DNA of 61,386 nucleotides from Candidatus Aenigmatarchaeota archaeon (GTDB lineage: Archaea > Aenigmatarchaeota > Aenigmatarchaeia > QMZP01 > QMZT01): positions 1-61,386 of the forward strand of contig JAZDFI010000009.1 of NCBI GenBank assembly GCA_043808015.1. Direction: 5' to 3'. The translations under genes were made by a program, and so were the position numbers. Positions 36,540 through 43,137 of this stretch are shown piece by piece; within the stretch, counting starts at the first letter, position 1; the number at the start of each line of letters is the position of its first letter. The notes under the pieces are model-generated. The model was not told where the DNA came from and searched no databases. It worked only from the letters and a program-made list of their open reading frames with translations.

Positions 36540-37703
36540 TCAGCCGCATCCGGCCGTCGATCCTGCGCTGCCGCCGCCAGCTCCCATCGGACCCAGTCCC
36601 GCAGCTTCTGCGGATGAACTGAGCGTCTGGCTGCATTCTGTCGGCGGGCTGTTGAAAGCCGCGCATATCGCTTGTTTTATGGCTTCCGCGGACCTGCTCA
36701 CGCTGACTTCAGCACCGTTGAGTATGAACGTTGGCGAACCGCCGACTCCATACTGCTGGGCCATTACCGTTTCGACCGGGTAAGCCGGATAGTTGCCGGT
36801 GCTCTCGGCGAAGGTCTTTTTGATGCTGTACTGCGTGTCGAGCGCGGTCTCACAGGCGGTAAGCTTCGCGCTGTCTATGCCAACCTTGGTTACGCATCCC
36901 GGACTGTCGCCTGCTTCGACGAAGCACCTGAGATAAGCGGTGAACTTGTCTTTCTGCTCCTTCTGGATGCAGTACATCCTCGTGTTCTCGAGCATCTCCT
37001 TCTCTCCGTGCATTATGTAGTCCACGAAGTTTAACTGAATGTCAGCCTTGCTGCCAAGAAGCTCGATTACGGGAACGTATGCCTTCATGAACTGCAGTCC
37101 GTAAGGGCAGTACGACATGACGAACGCATGAGCGACTGGCTTGTCGCTCTTGACCACTTCCGGCGTCGTTGGTTGCTGAGTATTGTCAACCGGTGCCGTA
37201 AGCTTCTTAGCCTGGTCACATACGACACTGTTATTGGTCAGAAGGCATACCTGGGTCTTGAGCGTGTATTCGCTGTCTACGCCTGCGATTGTCGAGATGT
37301 TGTCGTATACAAGAACCATGCCGGCAGTCTGAATATTCTGGCCGTAGCCGGTCTTGACAAAAGGTATCTTGAGCGTGTTGGCCACTTCCCTTGCGACTGG
37401 CTCAACCGCGGCGCAATCGGTGCAGCCTGGGGGCGATATGAATACCAGCTGGTCGCCGGTTTTCGCTACGCCTGTGCCTGCGAATGAATTGGCCATGAAA
37501 CCTACCGCAAAAAAGACAGCGGCTATAACAACAAAAACAACGTATTTCATCATGTTCGGCTTTGCTTTCGCCTTCTCATGATGTTCGGCATGCTCGTGGT
37601 GCTCATGATGCTCGTGGTGCTCGGGATGCTCATGTTCTTTGTGCTCATGATGCTCATGCGAAGCATGCTCGTGCTCAGACTTATGTTCTGTAGACATAGA
37701 CAT
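36540..37703 (-). CDS. membrane-anchored thioredoxin-fold protein with a His-rich N-terminal tail
   Basis: 387 aa. The N-terminus HEHASHEHHEHKEHEHPEHHEHHEHHEHAEHHE is followed by one TM helix, then two thioredoxin/DsbA-like modules (PPGCTDCAAV; SYCPYGLQFMKAY) and a Gly-rich C-terminus ending in AGCG. Confidence 0.6.
   Translation of the reverse strand: MSMSTEHKSEHEHASHEHHEHKEHEHPEHHEHHEHHEHAEHHEKAKAKPNMMKYVVFVVIAAVFFAVGFMANSFAGTGVAKTGDQLVFISPPGCTDCAAVEPVAREVANTLKIPFVKTGYGQNIQTAGMVLVYDNISTIAGVDSEYTLKTQVCLLTNNSVVCDQAKKLTAPVDNTQQPTTPEVVKSDKPVAHAFVMSYCPYGLQFMKAYVPVIELLGSKADIQLNFVDYIMHGEKEMLENTRMYCIQKEQKDKFTAYLRCFVEAGDSPGCVTKVGIDSAKLTACETALDTQYSIKKTFAESTGNYPAYPVETVMAQQYGVGGSPTFILNGAEVSVSRSAEAIKQAICAAFNSPPTECSQTLSSSAEAAGLGPMGAGGGSAGSTAGCG
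37574..37685 (-). repeat. low-complexity His/Glu-coding repeat (CAT/CAC-GAG reiterations)
   Basis: Reiterated units such as gtgctcatgatgctcgtggtgctc are visible on the plus strand and encode the HEHHEH tract. Confidence 0.7.
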
Positions 37704-37805
37704 AATGTTGGTCGAGGGATTTAAATAGCTTACGATTTACTTCGCATTTTCCCTCATTTAAAAATTTGAAAATATGCCGGAATATGTATCAGGATATTCC
37801 TGGTC

Positions 37806-38216
37806 TCACTGGAAATATCCGGCCGCTTCTTCCGCGGTCATGTACTTGAATTTTATGACGTCCCCGCTGACCGGGTAATAGAAATCGCTGCCCACGTCCG
37901 GCATTTCATCATTCACGAAAAACATCCAGTAATGACCAGTGTTCTGTTTTATGCCGTTAATGCCCGTTATGAAAATGCCCGTGGAATACATGTTATAATC
38001 GACGGAAGCCACGTGCTTGAGAGCGTCGAACGCGGTCTCCATCTGTATGAGCGCGACGTCGTAAGTCGAGACTTTGACACCGTCATCTATTATGACTTTT
38101 ACCTGCTGGTTTCCGCCTGTGGAGGAAGCCGAACCTGTTATCTGCACGACGCGGAAGCTTCCAAAAAGAACTATCGCCAGAACCAGAATGCCTACCAGCA
38201 AATACCTTGAGTTCAT
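37806..38216 (-). CDS. DUF4430 domain protein (transcobalamin beta-domain-like), exported
   Basis: 136 aa with an N-terminal signal/TM helix. The segment TAFDALKHV...GIFITGINGIKQNTGHYWMFFVNDEMPDVG...GDVIKFKY is typical of DUF4430. GGGAGGA lies 9 nt upstream of the ATG. Confidence 0.7.
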   Translation of the reverse strand: MNSRYLLVGILVLAIVLFGSFRVVQITGSASSTGGNQQVKVIIDDGVKVSTYDVALIQMETAFDALKHVASVDYNMYSTGIFITGINGIKQNTGHYWMFFVNDEMPDVGSDFYYPVSGDVIKFKYMTAEEAAGYFQ

Positions 38217-38835
38217 ACAGGATGTCCTCCCTGTTTAGTTGTAGGATTTTATCTTTAAATGCGTATATTACCATCGCGAAACCGAGGCTGCTCGCTATGT
38301 GGATTGCGCTGAAAGGCAGCGAGCCGATGAACGCTAGCTGCAGCGACGTGAGGCCGAAAAAGCCGAAAAGCCAAAGCCAACTGAGGTCGACCAGTATTTC
38401 GTATAAAATCGTTCCTATAACGGCTGCGGAGAAGAATGAGTATTTCGACTGTGACATTCGCCCTAGCACATGTCCCGTGAGAGCCGCAGCGCCAGTGCCC
38501 GCGACCTGGAATAGCGTCCACGGCCCCTGCCATCCCCAGACGAAGAAGTTCGATAAATAGAACGCGCCCATGCCTGCGGGTAGTGCATACTTGTAGCCGA
38601 AAAAGAAGCCCAGCGCAATCGCCAGCGGCACTATGGGCTCGACGCTCGGCAGCCATTGAAAAGCCGCCCGGCCGAGAATGCCGATTGACGTAAGCGTCGC
38701 TAGTTTCAGCGCTATGTCCGTCAGGTTTTTCTGCTTCAACGTCTGGAAAGAAATGAGCAGCGTTTTTTGCCCGTCTTTTTGCCCGCTTTTCTCCTGTGAT
38801 TCCTGTTCGGTTTCCTGTCCGGATTCGCCTTTCAT
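38083..38835 (-). CDS. polytopic membrane protein resembling an ECF-transporter S component (BtuM/CbrT-like candidate)
   Basis: 250-aa ORF with a charged N-terminus and about 6 hydrophobic segments rich in Gly/Trp/Phe (FFFGYKYALPAGMGAFYLSNFFVWGWQGPW). The last ~45 codons overlap the DUF4430 gene and look non-native. Confidence 0.5.
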   Translation of the reverse strand: MKGESGQETEQESQEKSGQKDGQKTLLISFQTLKQKNLTDIALKLATLTSIGILGRAAFQWLPSVEPIVPLAIALGFFFGYKYALPAGMGAFYLSNFFVWGWQGPWTLFQVAGTGAAALTGHVLGRMSQSKYSFFSAAVIGTILYEILVDLSWLWLFGFFGLTSLQLAFIGSLPFSAIHIASSLGFAMVIYAFKDKILQLNREDILYELKVFAGRHSGSGDSSFWKLPRRADNRFGFLHRRKPAGKSHNR

Positions 38836-38842
38836 TTTCTAC

Positions 38843-39343
38843 CTAGCGTTTTCCCGTGACGGCTCTCTGGCCTGAGTATTTGCCTTTGTATCCGTCGCTA
38901 GCGCCGTCGAGCTTCATCAGAATAAGCTGCGCGAATCTCGTGCCCTTCGCTATCCTCAGCGGACAATCGTTAGCGTTGTAGACGCTGAGCGTGAGCGTGC
39001 CCTTGAAACCCGGGTCAACCCACCCGGCGTTGTTGAGCATGAGCCCTACGCGCGAAAGCGAGCTGCGGAGTTTCGTCATTCCAGCCACGTCATGAGGCAG
39101 CTCCATGTATTCCAGCGAGCGGATGAGCACCTGCGTCCTGGGAGGAATGACGATTTCATCGCCTTCGACTCTCTCGTATGCCTGCTCCTTCTCAAAGACG
39201 ATTTCCCCGCCCTTTATGCGCAGCATCTCGCCGGATATGCGCAGGTCGACGGACGCTGGTTGTATCTGTTTCTCTTCGAGCGGTTCGATAATCAGCCGCT
39301 TCGAGGCCAGCAGCTCCCTTATGGTCTTGTCAGAAATTATCAT
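38843..39343 (-). CDS. dcd: dCTP deaminase (dUTPase superfamily)
   Basis: 166 aa with ASVDLRISGE and GWVDPGFKGTLTLSVYN signatures. Confidence 0.85.
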   Translation of the reverse strand: MIISDKTIRELLASKRLIIEPLEEKQIQPASVDLRISGEMLRIKGGEIVFEKEQAYERVEGDEIVIPPRTQVLIRSLEYMELPHDVAGMTKLRSSLSRVGLMLNNAGWVDPGFKGTLTLSVYNANDCPLRIAKGTRFAQLILMKLDGASDGYKGKYSGQRAVTGKR

Positions 39344-39366
39344 ATCATCACAAGTTAGAATCTATT

Positions 39367-39882
39367 TCAGTATTCGATACCTTCCTTCGCCTTCTGACCC
39401 TTCGCGAACGGATGCTTTATCTCGCGCATCTCGGTGACCATGTCCGCCCTCTCCAGTAATTTTGGCGGGGCTTCGCGGCCGGTTATGACGAGATTCATTT
39501 CTTCGGGCATCGCGCTTATCAGGTCCATCAGGTCTTCCTCGTTTATCATGTTCGCTGTGACCGCCACATTCGCTTCATCCAGTATCATAAGGTCGGGCCT
39601 GAAGGGACCTTTCATTATCTTCTTTGCATACAGTATCGCCTCTATCGCCCGCTGCTTATCCTCTTTCGACGGGCTCTTCAGGTCGACGAAGAACTCGGTG
39701 CCGAACTGCACGATGTCCAGGCCGGGCAGGTTCCTCTTCAGCAGCAGCTCTCCCGTCTTCGTGCCTTTCAGGAACTGGATGACCACGACGCGCTTGTTGT
39801 GGCCGAGAAAGCGCATGGCCATGCCGAACGCGGCCGAAGTCTTCCCCTTTCCGTTGCCCGTGAAAACGCAAACGACACCCAT
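39367..39882 (-). CDS. cobO: cob(I)yrinic acid a,c-diamide / cob(I)alamin adenosyltransferase (CobA/CobO/BtuR type)
   Basis: It has the P-loop FTGNGKGKTSAAFGMAMR and the VIQFLKG motif. The ATG at 39880-39882 is preceded by GGGGTGA, and the track ORF extends to 39942. Confidence 0.85.
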   Translation of the reverse strand: MGVVCVFTGNGKGKTSAAFGMAMRFLGHNKRVVVIQFLKGTKTGELLLKRNLPGLDIVQFGTEFFVDLKSPSKEDKQRAIEAILYAKKIMKGPFRPDLMILDEANVAVTANMINEEDLMDLISAMPEEMNLVITGREAPPKLLERADMVTEMREIKHPFAKGQKAKEGIEY

Positions 39883-39967
39883 ATCATCACCCCAACCATC
39901 GATTCCTGTGCCTACTATATATACAGATATTATATGTGCCACTTGTGCGCAGCGAGCGGCGCTAGCG

Positions 39968-42349
39968 TTAGCCGCACTTGGAGTAGCCGCAGCTCAGGCA
40001 CGTGTAGCAGCCTTCGGCTGAAAACAACTTGGACTTGCACACGGGGCACATCTCTTCCGACTCGCTCATCTCTTTCTTTTCTTCATCGCCCTTGACGAGC
40101 TTCGCTTTCTTCCTCTTTTCATCGCCGATGTGTATGACCTGCACGGCCTTGCTCATGTCGCGGTAGATAGTGACCCCTTTGCACTTCAGCTTGTAGGCCA
40201 GGTTGTACGCGTTCTCCACGTCCTTTATGCCCGCGTCGTTGCGCATGTTTATCGTTTTCGATACCGCGTTGTCCGTGTATTTCTGGAACGCCGCCTGCAT
40301 GCGAATGTGCCACTCGTATTCGATGTCGTGCGCCGTCTTGAACAGCTCTTTCGCCGACTTCGGGACGGCGTCGATGTGCTCGACTGAGCCGGACATCGAA
40401 ATCTCGCGCATCAGGTCGTCTGAATAGAATCCCTTCTCGCGCGCGTATTTCTCGAACAGCTTGTTCACGTCGACCAGCTCGTCCCCGCTTAGCACGTTCT
40501 TCCTGACGAAAGCGACGGCGAACATCGGTTCGATGCCGCTCGAACAGTCGGAGATTATGCTTATCGTCCCTGTCGGCGCTATGGTCGTGACGGTCGCGTT
40601 GCGCATGTACCTGCCGTCCTTCTTGTCCCACACGCTGCCGGGGAAATTGGGGAAGTTGCCTCTCTGCTTTCCGAGCTCGACTGACATCTCATGGCCGGCG
40701 TCGGTGACGAATTTCATGATCTTCTCCCCGAGCTTTAGCGCTTCTTCCGAGTCGTAACGTATGCCGAGCTTTATCAGCATGTCCGCGAAGCCCATGACGC
40801 CCAGGCCGATTTTCCTGTTGGCTTGCGTCATGAACTCTATCTGCTTTATCGGATACGAATTCGCGTCTATCACGTTGTCTAAAAAGTGGACGGACGTTTT
40901 CGTCGTTTTCGCCAGCTTGTCCCAATCCACTTCGCTGGTCCCTTTGCTCTCCTTCAGCATTTTGGAAAGGTTTATGGAGCCGAGGTTGCAGCTCTCGTAC
41001 GGCAGCAATGGCTGTTCTCCACAAGGATTGGTCGCTTCTATCGAGCCTATTTCCGGGGTCTGGTTGTACTTGTTGACCTCGTCTATGAATATCACGCCGG
41101 GATCGCCCGTCTTCCACGCCTGGTAAGTTATCATCTCCCAGACCTGGCGCGCGAACAGTCGCTTGAAAGGCACGCCCGTCCTCGGGTTGCACAAGTCGTA
41201 TTCAGCGTCGTTCTCGAGCGCCTTCATGAACTTGTCCGTCACGCCGACCGAGATGTTGAAGTTCGTTAGTATCCGGTTCTCGCTGTCTTTCGACGTGATG
41301 AAGTCCAGGATGTCGGGATGGTCGATCCTCATTATGCCCATGTTCGCTCCCCTGCGTTTGCCGCCCTGCTTGATGACGTCCGTAGCTACGTCAAAGACGC
41401 GCATGAACGACAGCGGTCCTGAAGCGATGCCTTTGGTCGACTTGACCACGTCGCCGTTCGGCCTGAGCTTCGAGAACGAGAAGCCCGTTCCACCACCGGA
41501 CTGATGGATCACCGCAGTGTATTTGAGCGCGTCGAATATCGTGTCCAGCGAATCGCCTACGGGCAGTACGAAACACGCGGAAAGCTGCCCTATGGGCGCG
41601 CCCGAATTCATGAGCGTCGGCGAGTTGGGCATGAACTCGAATGCCGTGAAAAGCGAGTAGAACTCGTTCTCTTTAGCCGCTATCTCGTCCTGCTTGTTCT
41701 TCAGTATCTCGACCAGCTCGGAAAAGCTGACTTTCATCTGCTTCCTGACGTTGAGCCGCTGGTACGCGCGGTGCAGCATCTTGACGTTGTTTATGTTCAT
41801 TCCCATTTCAGCCGCTTTCTTCGGCAGGCCGTCGAGCTCCGGAAGCGCCTTCACGGTCTGCTCCCTGTTCCTGTCAAAAACATGATCGTGATATAATATG
41901 TCAACCAGCGCCAAGTGCTTCGCGACGCGCCTGAACATCTCGCCAGTCGACTCGATGACGTTGCCGTTCTCGTCTTTTAACAGGTAGCGCGCTTTGAGGA
42001 CTTTTATCGTGTTTAACGTCAGCTTCAGCTCGTCGCGCACGCCTAGCATCTCCTTCGCCTTTCTTGACTCCTCGCGCTCCTTCCTGTAGATAATATAAGC
42101 CTTCGCGGTCGCAGCGTGGCCATTCTCGATGAGCACTTTCTCAACGATGTCCTGTATCTGCTCGACCGTAGGAACCTCTTTGACGAATTTCTCCTCGGCC
42201 AGCTGGACGACCTTGTCGGCCAGGCTGTTCGCCATCTCAAGATTCTCGCCGCCTACGGATTTGGCAGCCTTGAATATGGCATTCACGATTTTGCTTTTTT
42301 CGAAGTCCGCAAGCCTTGCATCCCTTTTCTTTACCTTGGTAACCGCCAT
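39968..42349 (-). CDS. nrdJ: adenosylcobalamin-dependent (class II) ribonucleotide reductase
   Basis: 793 aa with an N-terminal ATP-cone, the catalytic region NPCGEQPLLPYESCNLGS and a C-terminal zinc ribbon CPVCKSKLFSAEGCYTCLSCGYSKCG. I see no intein. Confidence 0.9.
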   Translation of the reverse strand: MAVTKVKKRDARLADFEKSKIVNAIFKAAKSVGGENLEMANSLADKVVQLAEEKFVKEVPTVEQIQDIVEKVLIENGHAATAKAYIIYRKEREESRKAKEMLGVRDELKLTLNTIKVLKARYLLKDENGNVIESTGEMFRRVAKHLALVDILYHDHVFDRNREQTVKALPELDGLPKKAAEMGMNINNVKMLHRAYQRLNVRKQMKVSFSELVEILKNKQDEIAAKENEFYSLFTAFEFMPNSPTLMNSGAPIGQLSACFVLPVGDSLDTIFDALKYTAVIHQSGGGTGFSFSKLRPNGDVVKSTKGIASGPLSFMRVFDVATDVIKQGGKRRGANMGIMRIDHPDILDFITSKDSENRILTNFNISVGVTDKFMKALENDAEYDLCNPRTGVPFKRLFARQVWEMITYQAWKTGDPGVIFIDEVNKYNQTPEIGSIEATNPCGEQPLLPYESCNLGSINLSKMLKESKGTSEVDWDKLAKTTKTSVHFLDNVIDANSYPIKQIEFMTQANRKIGLGVMGFADMLIKLGIRYDSEEALKLGEKIMKFVTDAGHEMSVELGKQRGNFPNFPGSVWDKKDGRYMRNATVTTIAPTGTISIISDCSSGIEPMFAVAFVRKNVLSGDELVDVNKLFEKYAREKGFYSDDLMREISMSGSVEHIDAVPKSAKELFKTAHDIEYEWHIRMQAAFQKYTDNAVSKTINMRNDAGIKDVENAYNLAYKLKCKGVTIYRDMSKAVQVIHIGDEKRKKAKLVKGDEEKKEMSESEEMCPVCKSKLFSAEGCYTCLSCGYSKCG

Positions 42350-42371
42350 GATTTCCCCCCTCTAAAGACAA

Positions 42372-42824
42372 TCACTTCTTGCCGCTGAGCTTCTTGAGCT
42401 CTTCCTGGAAGCTCTCGATATCCTCGAATTCCCTGTATACCGAAGCGAAGCGGATGTAGGCGACTTTGTCGGTCTTCTTCAGCTTTTTCATGACCAGCTC
42501 GCCTATCTTCTTGCTCGGTATTTCAATCTCGTCTCCCGTGCGCAGCTCCGTCTCGATTTCCTCGACCATCTTGTCTATCTGCTCATTCGTTGTGGGCCGC
42601 TTCTCGAACGAGCGCACAATCCCTTTTCGCACCTTGTCCCTGTCGAAGCGCTCGCGGCTGCCGTCCTTCTTCACGACGATAAGGTCGACGGATTCGATGC
42701 GCTCATAAGTAGTGAAGCGCTTCGCGCACTTCAGGCATTCGCGTCGGCGGCGGATCGCTTTTTCATCCGACGCCCTTTTATCGATGACCTTCATTTCCTC
42801 GCTCGCGCAGTATGGGCATTTCAT
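42372..42824 (-). CDS. nrdR: NrdR transcriptional repressor (zinc ribbon plus ATP-cone)
   Basis: 150 aa with MKCPYCAS...CLKCAKRFTTYE, followed by an ATP-cone (VVKKDGSRERFDRDKVRKGI...). Confidence 0.9.
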   Translation of the reverse strand: MKCPYCASEEMKVIDKRASDEKAIRRRRECLKCAKRFTTYERIESVDLIVVKKDGSRERFDRDKVRKGIVRSFEKRPTTNEQIDKMVEEIETELRTGDEIEIPSKKIGELVMKKLKKTDKVAYIRFASVYREFEDIESFQEELKKLSGKK

Positions 42825-42886
42825 ATTCGCACTTCTTTACGCTTATTCTACTTATTCTGGCTCATTTTCGCTACAGTTTTCGCGGA

Positions 42887-42960
42887 TTTTGCCCGGTTTT
42901 CACCACCGCATCCAAACGAAATTTGAGCCGAAATTGCGTTTTTTTGCCGGTTTTCACTAC
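42887..42960. repeat. direct repeat TTTTGCC(C)GGTTTTCAC(C/T)AC, two copies (42887-42906 and 42942-42960)
   Basis: Read directly from the sequence. The copies start 55 nt apart, between nrdR and the NrdR-box-like palindromes. Confidence 0.5.
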
Positions 42961-42970
42961 TTTTGGAAAA

Positions 42971-42984
42971 CACAACAGGTTGTG
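42971..42984. promoter_or_regulatory. NrdR-box-like palindrome 1 (CACAAC-AG-GTTGTG)
   Basis: The 16-mer aCACAACAGGTTGTGc matches 12/16 positions of the published NrdR-box consensus acaCwAtATaTwGtgt as I recall it. The arms match and the centre does not. Confidence 0.4.
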
Positions 42985-43003
42985 CCCGGCTTCTCCAAAA
43001 GTC

Positions 43004-43013
43004 CAATATATTG
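43004..43013. promoter_or_regulatory. NrdR-box-like palindrome 2 (core CAATATATTG)
   Basis: The 16-mer GTCCAATATATTGTGG matches the consensus at every position from 4 to 15. Its centre is exactly 31 bp from the centre of palindrome 1. Confidence 0.45.
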
Positions 43014-43047
43014 TGGTCGGAGGGTATTTATATATTTTTCGGTTGTG

Positions 43048-43061
43048 CAAAATATATTTTG
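43048..43061. promoter_or_regulatory. 14-bp perfect AT-rich palindrome CAAAATATATTTTG (TATA-like)
   Basis: Read directly from the sequence. It lies 77 nt upstream of the surface-protein start, next to TATTTATATATTTTT. It may be a TATA/BRE element rather than an operator. Confidence 0.3.
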
Positions 43062-43137
43062 GCCACGCATTCATTTTGGCATCAAATTCGTGAGCCTAAA
43101 AACAAAGCTGGATAACACGTCTTCCCAATCTCTAGTC

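Noticed and set aside
42712-43137. The N-terminal 142 codons of the 1296-aa track ORF.
   Set aside because: This part is antisense to nrdR and then crosses the intergenic region. The in-frame ATG at 43138 gives a proper signal-peptide-like N-terminus, so I start the surface protein there.
42825-43137. A possible cobalamin riboswitch or other structured leader upstream of the nrdR-nrdJ operon.
   Set aside because: I could not recognise the conserved B12-box or the characteristic helices by eye. B12 riboswitches normally control B12-independent isozymes or transporters rather than nrdJ. A covariance-model scan would be needed to confirm or exclude one.
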